A stretch of DNA of 64,000 nucleotides, from NCBI GenBank assembly GCA_965644315.1, contig CBFFRQ010000057.1, positions 248,001-312,000 on the forward strand, in the 5' to 3' direction. This DNA is from Caecitellus pseudoparvulus. Its lineage: Eukaryota; Protista; Bigyra: Bicosoecida. Shown here piece after piece: positions 1 to 11,200 of the stretch. The notes beneath the pieces are model-generated. The model worked only from the letters and a program-made list of their open reading frames with translations, was not told where the DNA came from and did no database searches. The translations under genes were made by a program, and so were the position numbers. Each line of letters starts with the position of its first letter. Position 1 is the stretch's first letter.

Positions 1-1083
1 TGATGACTTCCCGCAGAGACGGCATGCTGCCGAGGGTGGAGAGGCTGCGAAGTGGAGCACACGCTGAAGCTTCCAGGCGCAGCAGCTTGGGCAGCCCCCC
101 CTCTGCCAGGCCCTCGAAGGACACCAGAGGGTTTCCGTTCAGAATCAAGTGCAGCAAGCCTGGGGCAGCTGTGCGCTCCAGTAAGGCTGCACCGACATCC
201 CCTGCCTCCTCCCGGGCAGTGACGGCAGCTTCCTCTGCTGCCTCAGTCAGCAAGCGCTGCAGGATGGACTCCTCTGTGATGGCTGGCTCTTCATCTTCAT
301 CCTCCTCTCCCGCTTCACGGGACTTGGAGCGCCGGCTGCGCTTGCTGGCCGCGGCTTTGGCAGCCGCCTTGGCCGCTGCCCGGGCCTCCTTGCGGGCGGC
401 ACGGCGCAGGCGCTCGAGCTGGTGCAGGGAGGGTGGCGGCGGCGGCGGCTCGCGAGGCTCCAGGGATACCAAGCGGTTGTGGGCTGCGTTGAGCACTTGC
501 AGGTGGGGGCACCCGCTGAAGTCAGCGAGCGTGACGAGGGAGTTGTGCGCGACATTGGCTGCCAGCAAGCTGGGCATGCTCGTGGCGATGGGGCGGGGGT
601 CTGTCACGTGGTTGTGCGACGCATCCAGGTACCGGATGTGCTTCATTCCTGCCAAAGCATTGCCGAAAGCGGTCGCCTGGCGGCCGGCAATGTTCAGCTT
701 GCTGTACGCAAAGCCCGTCCCGTCGATGGTCCGTTGCCTGAGCGCAAGGGTCGGCGAGCAGTGAGGTCAAACGGTGTGGCATGTGGCAAGCTGGACGTGA
801 GTCCTGCTGTACAAAGCTAAGCGGTCGCACAGCACGCGGCCATGGCCCCCAGCACTGGGCCAGACACGGCAAGCAGCTGTCCGAGCATTGCTGAAAACGC
901 CACCGCGTCGCTGCGACCAGCAGTCTGCACGCACAGTTGTGACAGGCCATCTGCGATGTCTTCCGGCTGCAGGACGAGGGATTCAACGGCAGTAACCGAT
1001 GTGACCAGCTTGGGCTTGTCTGAGTCGGTCTTGGACTCGCCCTCCTTCCCTTCCAAGGCGGGGGCGCCGGAGGCAGCAGCCAT
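1..1083 (-). CDS. LRRC23/LRGUK-like leucine-rich-repeat axonemal protein (3' end outside window)
   Basis: ATG at 1083. A GT-AG intron at 738-934 joins DGLSQL|QRTIDGTGFAYSKLNI...HIRYLDASHNHVTD, which resembles the LRRC23 N-terminus. LRRs follow (LQVLNAAHNRL, LLHLILNGNPL). The frame is open to the window edge. Confidence 0.7.
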
Positions 1084-1423
1084 GGTTGACTGTGCCCTGT
1101 GTGGTCTGGCACGCACGCCGTGCCGGTGCCGTTCAGAGAGAGCAGGCCAGGCTGTGCTGCAGCTGTAAATGGACTTCGTCTGAAGTTCCCGCAATTTCGT
1201 TTGTGCTCCCTGCAGAGAGCTGTGCTCGGAACAGTTCACATGCGCCGCGCCTGCCTGCCACGCGCCATAACTCCTCCTCAGCAAGCCAAGCAGAGCTGTC
1301 GAAGGGGCATATTCGTGAACCACCCCTCTCTGTACACCTACCTGGCAGCCACCACTGCCTGGCGTCCTTGGATGGGCGCATGACCTCACTGGTGCCGCTT
1401 GTTCCCCTCCGATTCCACGCAGC
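1084..1423. promoter_or_regulatory. Putative bidirectional promoter (LRRC23-like / BCAT)
   Basis: 340-bp spacer between divergent start codons; inferred from gene orientation only. Confidence 0.5.
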
Positions 1424-3031
1424 ATGCTGAGCCGCAGTGTGGCTGCAGCGGCTGCCGTGGCGCGGGTGCAGGCTCGCGCCATGTCCACGGGGTGGGCTCC
1501 CCTGGACGCCTCCAAGATGGTGACGAAGCTCACGGACAAGCCAAAGGTGAGCGATCTCCCGGCAGGCAGGCGCTGTGGCTGTTCCCACCCCGCACCCCGC
1601 CGAGTGATTCCCCACCCAGACCAAGGTGGCCAAGGAAGAACTGAAGTTTGGGACAACCTTCACAGATCACATGGTGGAGGTGGACTGGGACAACAAGAAC
1701 GGGTGGCATGCACCTGAAATCACCCCTTACCACAAGATCCCCATCGACCCTGCTGCCAGTGTCCTGCACTACAGCCTTGAGGTGCGTGTTGCTTGGTGCA
1801 GTGCACTTCCACCACGCTGACGCACCGTGGCTTGTTCTGCGCCTGGCTTCGCGCCTTTGCCCGCTCCCTGGCCCGCCTGTTGCTGGACATGATGTACCAT
1901 GAGCCAAGCTAGCTTGGGCTGCCTTGGTTGGCTGCCACTGCGCGGCGTCCCCCCTCGGCGCGCCACCCCAGCCACGACTCCTGCCCCTCGCAGTGCTTCG
2001 AGGGCATGAAGGCCTATGTGGACAAGGAAGGGAACGTCCGCCTCTTCCGCCCCGACATGAACATGAACCGCATGCACACGTCGATGCTCAGGCTGGCCCT
2101 CCCCGTGCGTGCCTGCCCCGTGCCGCTCAGAGGCTTGGCCGGCAAACCACACCCTGCCCTTGCAACCCTGCAGGATTTCGACAAGAACGAGTGGCTGGAG
2201 TGCATCAAGCAGCTCATTCGGGTGGACAAGGAGTGGATTCCTCGTGGAGAAGGCTACTCCCTGTACATTCGCCCCACAGGCATCTCCACTCACGTACGTC
2301 GCCGCCCAGCTCCGGCTCCAGCTCCGCTCACCCCTCCTTCACCTCACTGCCTACTTCCCACACAGCCATTCCTGGGGGTGGGCGCGTCCAGCCAGGCAAA
2401 GATGTTCACCATCTTGAGCCCCGTGGGGCCGTACTACCCTGAGGGCTTCGCGCCCGTCACTCTGTACGGCGAGAAGCGGTACGTGCGGGCGTGGCCGGGT
2501 GGCACCGGCGACACCAAGGTTGGTGCCAACTATGGTCCCACCATTCAGCCCCAGCTCCAGGCAGCGGATCGGGGGTACTCCCAAGTGCTGTGGCTGTTCG
2601 GGGACCAGGATGGCGGGCAGGTGACGGAGGTGGGCACCATGAACCTCTTCATCTTGTGGGTGAATGAGGAGGGGGAGAAGGAGCTCGTGACGGCTGCTCT
2701 GGACGGCACCATTCTGCCAGGCGTCACTCGTGACTCCATCCTGGAGCTGGCTCGTTCCTGGGGAGAGTTCAAGGTGACGGAGCGCTCCGTGACCATGGGG
2801 GAAGTCACACGTGCCATCGAGAGCGGCCGCCTCATTGAGGCATTTGGCTCTGGCACTGCCGCGGTGGTCGCGCCTATCAAGCGTGTGCACTTCCAAGGCA
2901 AGGACTACCCCGTGCCCATCGAGGAGGAGCTGCAGTCCGGCGTCACCACCAAGCGTGTGTGGGATGAGCTGAAGGACATTCAGTATGGCAACGTGGAGCA
3001 CCCGTGGTCAGTCGTTATTGACAGGCTGTGA
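1424..3031 (+). CDS. BCAT: Branched-chain amino acid aminotransferase, probably mitochondrial
   Basis: Introns at 1547-1619, 1782-1993, 2105-2173 and 2294-2365. Motifs FGTTFTDHM, LHYSLE|CFEGMKAY, LYIRP, TKVGANY (PLP Lys), EVGTMNLF, ILPGVTRDS and EAFGSGTAAVV. The Arg/Ala-rich N-terminus resembles a mitochondrial presequence. Confidence 0.97.
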
Positions 3032-3126
3032 GCACGCACTTCCATCAACTCCGCATTCCTCAATTACCCCAATCAACTGCCTTCCGTGAGCGGGGGTGGA
3101 AAATGCAGCTTCCCGTCTGAGGCGCC

Positions 3127-4674
3127 ATGGCTGCACTTCGTGATGATCTGACCGGCTATTTGCTGGGGGAAAAGCGGGCGGTGTCGGCTGTCTGGCTCGC
3201 GAACGTCGCCGGCGTGCCAGCACTGGAGAGCCAGGCGTACGATGAGCTTGCGCCGCGCCGTTGGGTGACCGTGGAGCACTTGCCCTGTCTCCTGCACAGA
3301 GCATTGGAGGCGTTTGCAAAAGAGCATGCCAAAGAGAAGCTTGGCGTGACGTATTTGGTCGCGGGCATGACCCATGCTGGCGTCTACACGGTTCAAATCG
3401 TGCCGGCAGCGGAAGTTGAAAGTGAGCCAACGCTGGGCAACGTCCTCCCCGCCCTCCCCGATGCATGGTGCTTGAGCTTTCACAGAGACAAAGGCCGACT
3501 TAGCACATGTGTCTTCATGCCACGTGTACGCACTGACCCCCACCGCTGATGGGCCTGGTGTGGACGCGGTGTGGAATGAGAGCATCACACAGCTGCGAGG
3601 CTTTGCAGCAGACCCCACTGCCCCAGACAGTGAGCGGTACTGGACGAACAAGTGCGCCCCTTTGCAGCAAGCAAGTGTGCCATAATGCCATCCCCCATGT
3701 TTGTGCTTGCGGCGCTTCCTCCGCGCAGATCAGGCGGCGTGACACTGGAAGGCGTGACCTTGGCCGAGCCTGCAGCTGCGCTGCCCTTGGCGCCAGCCCA
3801 CGCACCTGCGCGGGCCGTACCGCCGCCACGCAGAGCAAGCGCAGCAGCAGCCCCCGCACCCCATCGCCCAGTCAAGCCCAAGGCTGTGGCAGCCACCGAT
3901 GCACAGTCGTTCTTTGGCGCCCGGAAGGGGGCAGCTCGCAAGCCGACGACGCAGGCAGCCCCCAAGACGGCTTTCGCTGCAGCCCGCAAGGCGACTGAGG
4001 ACGCGCTGGTCTTCGACGACGAAGAAGAGGAGGGCGCTGGGAAGGCGGGCGTCTCTGCCAACGGCAAGCGGCCCAAGGGCAGGCCGTCAGGTGACGCCTC
4101 GCCTGAGCGTGCGCAGGTGGTCAGGAAGCGCCCGCGCCAGGATGTCGTCGAGGACTCTGATTCGGAGGAGGAGAGCAGTGCACAGACCACAGCTGCACCA
4201 ACCAAGGGCGGCAGTGGCGGCAAGAAGAAGGCAGCTGGGTCAAGCCGTTCGAAGGTGTCGCGAGGGCCCACGCAGGCTTCAGTGGGAGACATCAAGGAGA
4301 GCCAGTTCGAGGATGTGGGGGTGCGGCGAGATGCACAAGGGCACGTCGTGCCCAGCCAAGGCAACGTGGAGATGATGTCCAACTTTGCCCATGCCGCACC
4401 AGACCCTGCCCCCGCAGCGTCCGCTGGCTCTGGCGGGGGTGGCAAGCGCAAGCAGAAGCTCGTGGAGACGACTTACATGGATGACTCAGGGTACATGGTC
4501 ACGAGCAAGAAGTGGGTGGACGTGTCGGGGGATGAGGAGGAGGAGGAGCCACAAGCCGCCCCCAAGGCTGCCCCCAAGGCTGCTGGCAAGACTATCTCAA
4601 AGGCCGCCCCGAAGCGTAAGGGCGGTGGCGGGAAGCAGGCAGCCCTCATGTCATTCTTTGGCAAGAAGAAATGA
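3127..4674 (+). CDS. POLD3: DNA polymerase delta subunit 3 (POLD3/Cdc27/Pol32)
   Basis: N-terminal winged-helix-like part split by introns (3237-3299, about 3422-3485, 3652-3728). Low-complexity linker, then TTYMDDSGYMVT and a C-terminal PIP box KQAALMSFF. Confidence 0.9.
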
Positions 4675-4800
4675 CCGCGGCGCAAAACAATTGACACTCG
4701 CCAACGAAACCTGCAGCGCTTGGAACATACACAACATAGCCACCAGAAAGCACTACAGCTGGGCAACCACCCAGCGTATCTCTGCGAAACAAGCTACATC

Positions 4801-5182
4801 ATGGTGCGGCGAATGCTGAAGCGCTCGCGATGTGCTCCGCGCTTCAGTGCATGCCCTCCCCCCTGTGAATTCCCAGGCTGAAGCATCGGAAAGCACAGCC
4901 GTTGTGTTGAATGTGGGCATCACGTGCCAGGGATGTGTCGGTGCCGTGACACGCCTGCTGCAGAAGGTGGAGGGTGAGTGGCGTGTTGCGGAATTCGGCC
5001 ACTGCATGCGGCACGCTCAGCGCTCTTCAAGCACAGGGGTTGAGAGCGTTGACGCAGACGTCGAGCAGAGGAAAGTCACTGTCAATGGAACTGCATCTGA
5101 GGAGGCCTGCATTGCTGCCCTGTCCACGTGGGCCTCCAAGAGTGGCAAGGTGCTGCAGCCCTGGTCTGCCAAGTCGGTGTGA
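4801..5182 (+). CDS. ATX1: Atx1/ATOX1-type HMA copper chaperone
   Basis: First coding exon is the ATG alone; introns at 4804-4876 and 4974-5036. Reads GITCQGCVGAVTRLLQKVEG|VESVDADVEQRKVTVNG...KSGK. Confidence 0.88.
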
Positions 5183-5279
5183 GCGCACATCAAGCGCATC
5201 TCCACAAGCTGGAATGCGCCCAGAGCAATGCAAGCGCCCAAATTCATTTGCAGTGACAGAGAGCACTGCTCTTGCGCCC

Positions 5280-6206
5280 TTAGATGTGGCGAATGATGCC
5301 ACCCTCGGCCCGTTGAGAGGCACCGTTCACTGCTGCCCCCAGCGACGATGCAAGAAACACCACAACATTTGCGACTTCCTCCACCGTCAGCAGCCGCTGG
5401 TGCAGAGAGGTTGGCTCGTGTTCCTTGAAATAGCTGCGCATGACTTCCTCTGCGGTCAAGAGGAAGCGGGCGAACGTGGGTCAGAGCAGCGGCAGGAGCA
5501 AGTGCACTTGCGTGCAGGGCCGCAACGCACCAACAGGCTTGTCTTCGCCATCTGCCAGCTCCTGAAAGTACTTCTGCACACCTGCTGTGGCTGTGGGGCC
5601 CGCCAGGACGCTGTTCACTGTCACACCAGTGCCCTTCGTCGTCTCGGCCAAGCCTCGCACAAGTCCGATGACTGCCGACTTGGATGTAGAGTAAGGCACC
5701 ATATTGGGCAAGGGCTTTATGCCTGCCTCACTGGCAATGACCACCACTCGTCCAGTGTTGCGGGAGCGCATGGTGGGCAAGTAGTGCCGCGTGCAGCGCA
5801 CGACAGACATGACGTTGGCTGTCCACACCTCCTCCCACTCTTCATCAGAGAAATCTTCGAATGCCTTGCTCTGGTACTGCCCGAAGTTGCAAATCAAGAC
5901 ATCCAGCTCTCCACCAGCGTCTACCGCAGCGAAGACCTCCTTGCAGCCGCTGGCCTTGGTCATGTCTCCAGCAGCTGGCAGAGCCGTGCCGGTGCAGCCG
6001 TCCCCTGCCTGCAGCTCCGCGCACACGGCCTCACAGCGAGCCTGGCTACGGCCATTTACGTATACGGTGCTGCCGCACTGCAGAAACAGCTGTGCGATGC
6101 CCCGCCCGATGCCAGATGTGCTGCCCGTCACCAGCACACGCTTGCCTGCAAGTCCAAGCTGCAATCCCGCAGTGCTTGGCGAGCTGGCCGAAGTGGATGC
6201 TGCCAT
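5280..6206 (-). CDS. Classical SDR oxidoreductase, YvrD-like
   Basis: TGSTSGIG Rossmann motif, ASEAG, YSTSK (YxxxK). One intron (5450-5530) gives the C-terminus [24 protein letters not shown]...[15 protein letters not shown]. Confidence 0.92.
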
Positions 6207-6719
6207 GGTGCCTGAGAGGGGTACACAGGTGCATGATTCAAGGGGCGTTCGCAGGGGGGGGGGTTGGGGTGTGTGCTGTTGTAGACGCTCCTGCGTCGCA
6301 GAGATTCGGTGCTTCCCCCACCACCAACGCTTGAACCGCTCGCAAGTCCCGGCACATAGCAGCACTGAAACTCACGAAGGCAATGCACAAAAGAGAAATC
6401 GAAGTACGCTTGAAGCAGCTTGATTCAGGGTGGAGTTTCTGTGAGTTGGTGTTTTGTCTGGATCTGTGCATTGCCACGCTGGACGAGACGGTGTCGGTCC
6501 AGTACCTACCTGCAACGCGCGCTCTGCGCTAAACTCCAGCACACCCAAGAAGTCTGAGTGGCAGCAGGGCACTCTGTGCGAGCATCACAGCGGCTTCACG
6601 TGCAACACTCTGTCTCAGCCGTGTGTCTCCGCTGTGGTGGTTGCTCTGCAGGCGCAACATCGCACTGCCACGCCAGCTGGCAGCCCTCGACTGCAAGTAG
6701 GCAGATCAGGTAGGCTGGC
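6207..6719. promoter_or_regulatory. Putative bidirectional promoter (SDR / LRR gene)
   Basis: Spacer between divergent starts with no supported coding sequence. Confidence 0.45.
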
Positions 6720-7961
6720 ATGTTCATCCAGAAGGACACCCGCAAGGTGCGGGAGATTCTGTCAGACCCAGATGATCCTCGGAAGGAGCTGAAGCTTGCC
6801 CGTCGTGAGGCAGAGTTCGGCGGCACCACGAAGCTGCTGTGCGAGCCAGGCACCGAGGCGGCCCTCACCGACTTGGAGTACCTCTCGTTGTACGGCAACA
6901 AGTTGACCAAGTTGTCTCGATTCGAAGTAGTGTGCGCCTCGCCGTTGAAGCAGCTGAACTTGGGTAGAAATCTCTTGACAGCCTTGCCGTCATGTGTGCG
7001 TGGAGCGGTTTGAATGCTGCGTGGCCTGGCGCCGTCACTTCGCCCTGCACGCTGCATTGCGATGGTCAGATCGGCACACTGTCATCTACACTGGAACATC
7101 TATGGGTTGACGACAACATGCTGTCTGAGTTTCCCCACGTGCGTAGAGCAGCCGCTCGCCACAGCTGGCGCTGACTGTCCACGAAACGCCGGCGAAACAC
7201 CCGCAGTGCGTAGCCGAGCTGACTCTGCTAAGGACACTGCGGCTGAGCAACAACAGCATCCAGACAGTGCCAGATGCAATATGCTCTCTTGCGCACATGG
7301 AAGTGTTAGCGCTGGATGGGAACAAGCTGTCCGAGCTGCCTGCTGAGCTCGGCGCCATGTCCAAGCTGCAGCGCTTGGTTCTCCGGTGCGTTATCGACTG
7401 CAGTCCGGCTGTGTGCATTGCAAGGCTCCGCTGCCACCACCAACGCGTGGCTTGGACCCCACCCTGCGATCCTCCGCTCACAGGGGGAATCAGCTGGTGG
7501 CCCTGCCCGCCTCAATCGGGCGCCTGTCCCACCTCGAGTTCTTGGCAGTCAATTCCAACCGCCTCACGTCGCTTCCAGAGTCATTTGCGGGGCTGACGGC
7601 GCTCAAGACCCTCATTGCGAATGCCAACAAGCTCAGCGAAGTGCCTGCATGGCTACCAGCACTACCAGCTCTGTCCAGCCTCCAGCTGGCAAACAACTCC
7701 ATTCGAACTCTACAGCCGGAGGCAGTGGCAGCTTGGCGAGATTCCTTGCCTGCCGTCTTCTTGCAGGCCTTGGCAGAGGAAAGTGGCGAAGCAAGCACGG
7801 CTGAGCCCAGCGTCGCAGCTGGTGCTGGCGCCGGGGGCGGGTCTGCCGCAACGGTGAGCCTGGAAGGCAACCCGTTGTTGGAGCCCTTCGACAAAGTGAA
7901 GCTTGCCAGCTACGCTGAGCCCATCATCCGCACCATCCAAGCAAAGAAAGCAAGGCGGTAG
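6720..7961 (+). CDS. Leucine-rich repeat protein
   Basis: Three introns (about 6996-7069, 7139-7206, 7386-7483) join about 10 LxxLxLxxNxL repeats (LEYLSLYGNKL, LEHLWVDDNML, MEVLALDGNKL, LEFLAVNSNRL). Ends with an LEGNPL cap. Confidence 0.88.
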
Positions 7962-8230
7962 GCGGCGATGCTGCAAGCCCCCATGCGACGGCTCAGGTGT
8001 GCTCCTTCTGCGCTTCGTTGCGTGCACTACCCACTTCCTACACAGCTACTGCGTTCCGCCCAGTCACCGACCTTGGGCAGCGGCGCCAATTCACATTCCC
8101 CGTACATCCCCGGTGTGCCTGGTTGCAACGTGGGTGCCCTGGTTGCCCGCCGGCAGCGCCCCAGCATGGGCCGCAGCAGTTTGCGTTGCCTGCAGCGTGC
8201 ACGCGAACCACACCAGCAGGAAACGCCAGC

Positions 8231-11200
8231 ATGGCTTCTGAGCCCATGTGGTGCCGCCTGAACCTCAAGGTGAGCAGGGGCAGTACACTGGGCACGGCAT
8301 GCACACAGGCGACACGTCCGAGCTCGACTCCCCACCGTGCAGGTTCATGCACACGCGCAGCAAGGAGAGACGCTGGTGGTGTGCGGATCGGCGCCCTCCA
8401 TGGGCTCCTTTGCCCCTTCGCAAGCCGTTGTCCTGCACACGAGCCCTGAGACTTACCCGCTGTGGAGTCCAGCTCAGGCTCTCACAGTGCCATTTGGAAT
8501 CCAGCTCAGATACAAGTATGCAGGTACGTGGCTCGCCTTGCGTGTGCTGCAGGCCCTGCACTTGGGGTGCGGCAGGTGCACTGCACCAGACCCGGCAACG
8601 CCACGACACCGCGCGCCTCCTCACACCGCTGCTCTGCGCCTGCCTCAGTTTTCTCCGGAGGAACCATCCGACAGTGGGAACCTTTGACTGGGGATCGTAC
8701 TGTCTTCACTGATAAGAGCTCTCTGGACCTGGTAGACACGTGGGGTGTTGCGCCTGCCAAGGCGCCTGGCTCGCAGAGGCAGCGGCATGGCCAATCCCCC
8801 AGTGGAAGTGGCGCCCACTCCAAGCCCGTCCGACTGGCAGGACTTGGATCCTCCATGGGTGCAGCTCCTGGGCCAAACAAGCCGCGGTTCATGATGGGCG
8901 AGGCCCCCGCTGTCATCTCCGCCGGCCTGCCTGTCTCGTCCCCCATGATGCATGCCATGGCCCGCCCCTCGTCTTTGCCCCTGGATATCGGCCAGGAGGG
9001 TGGGCAGGCAGGCGACGGCATGGGTGTCTCCAATGGCAAGCTGTCCCCACCTCAGGCCGACGCCGGAGACGTGGTGGGGGTGGGGCACCTGCGGCAGCCA
9101 CGCCCCATAGACGGAGTGGACCTCATGGGTCCCCTCCCAGTAGATACGGCCACCCCTGTAGACACACAGCCGAGGGCGCTCAGCGGCCCGGCGGCTCTGC
9201 AGTCCCCTGAGATGGGCGGTGCGGTGGCGGCAGCGTCTTCGGGGTCCTCCTCCCTTCCAGGGTGGGTGCCCCCGCCACCTTCAGCCAGCTCAGGCACTGC
9301 CAGTGTGCGAGACATGCTCACAAACCGGCGCATGGTGGTGGTGTCCTTCCACCTGCCCGTCATTCTGCGGCGGGGCGAGGATGGCACGTGGGTCGCCACG
9401 TGGGATGTGGACAACTTCCTCGCCCGCTCCAAACACAGCGTGGCGTCCGAGCTGCCTGTGCAGTGGGTGGGCTGCGTCACCCGGCGGTGTGTGGATGCTG
9501 TCACAGCCAGTGAGGGCACACGAGCCCACCGTAGCTCCGATGTTTCCCGCATCTCGGCAGATGATATCCCGCCGGTGGACGCCAGTCCTCTGCCGAGCAC
9601 CGGCAGTGCTGGGGATGCATTGGACGCCGCTGGCGCCTCCGCAGCGACGCTGGCTGCTCTGGCAGCGCAGCAGGAGGAACGCCAGAGCACTGTGATACAC
9701 ACAGAAGCCATGTCCGGCGATGCAGTCATGGGCGGCGTCGGGGCGGGTGCCACAGCCCCGCGGTACGTGTTTGCAGCGCCCCACGCTGCAGGTGCGTCCG
9801 CATCCGCGCCAGGAGACGTGCTAATCCCGGCAGAAGGCTTGGGCAGCTCCCCACCTTTTCCTCTGGATGGCGCATCGCCACCACTGCACCCTATCCGGGA
9901 GCCGAGCTCTGACACGCCCCCAGCACCGCCAGTGTCGGATGAGGACTTCCTGGACCTCACCTCCGCCGACCAGGAGAGCATCCGGGCCGCCTTGCGCCCC
10001 ATGAACGTGACGCCCATTTTCCTGGGCCATGATAACGTCGTCCTGGCACCGCCCAGCCCGAAGAAGGGCACCAGGCCAGGCGATGTAGACCACCGAGTTT
10101 GGGGCTCGGAGGCTGAGACCATGTCCCCCACTACAGCCAGCGACGCGCCAGGGGATTGGTATGCAGGGCAGGGTGACGACCCCGGCTACCGCCAGCTGGT
10201 GCCACGGCATGCTCTTGAGGGGGAAGCGGCGGCTGAGCGCGTGGAGGTGTCTTCCGGCTTGGACAAGGCAACTGTGCGGGCGTTTGGCATGTACTGCTCC
10301 ACAGTCCTGCGTTCCGCCATGAACAATGTCCTGGACCTGGGCCCCAACATCGCGACGTCAGCTGGCTCAGCTGACGAGGGCCAGGGAGACGCCTCCATCA
10401 CCAGCCGCATGTACAAGTTGCGCAACATGGGCTGGCGCGCGTACGTGAAGGTGAACGAGTACGTCGCCCGCGTCGCAGCAGCCGCCCTGGGGAAGGGGGA
10501 CATTGTATGGACACATGACTACCACATGTGCATGGTGCCACACTTCTTGGCGCAGCTGGTGTCGCCACCCCCGCCCCAGGTCTTTTACATGCACGCCTCC
10601 TGGCCCACAAGCGAGGTGTTCCGGTCCCTCGCCGAGCGGGAACACCTCCTGAATGGTATGCTGCAGGCTGATGTCATCGGCTTCCACACCTTCAACCACG
10701 CCCGGCACTTCCTGCAGTGCTGCAAGCGCATCCTGGGCCTGAACTACGCCAGCCGTGGAGGCAGCCTGGGCTTGGACTGCAGGGGGCGCGACGTCATGGT
10801 GGACATCTCTCACATGGGCGTGGACGTGCCGGTGCTGGATGGGTGGATGGCGTCCGAGGAGGCTGCCGCTTTTGCCAGGCACCTGCGCAGCAAGTACCCC
10901 AGTCGTCTCATCCTCGGCGGCTTCGACGTCGCCCAGCGCCTGTCAGGCGTCGCCCTCAAGCTGCTCGCTTACGAACGCCTGCTGGAGGAAAACCCACGGT
11001 ACCGCACTAAGCTGGTCTTGGTACAGCGGTGTGAGCTGCGGGATGCGCCGGCCGTTGACGCAGCGCGCACCAGCCGGGAGATCCGCACCCTCGTGAAACG
11101 CATCAAGGCGCGGTGGGGGCCTGTCGTGGACTATGCCGAGGCGGTGGCCTTCCCACCCACCCTGCGCATCGGCCTTTTCCACTGCGCCGATGTGCTGGTG

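Noticed and set aside
3-764. 253-aa plus-strand ORF
   Set aside because: Antisense shadow of the LRRC23-like exon, whose own frame is missing from the track, probably because it runs off the window.
1782-1993. Long BCAT intron with palindrome CCAAGCTAGCTTGG (1904-1917) as a possible snoRNA or MITE
   Set aside because: No proper C/D or H/ACA boxes, terminal inverted repeats or target-site duplication; one 14-bp palindrome is weak evidence.
4974-6215. 413-aa plus-strand ORF
   Set aside because: Starts at an intron donor GTG, lies antisense to the SDR gene and has no recognisable motifs.
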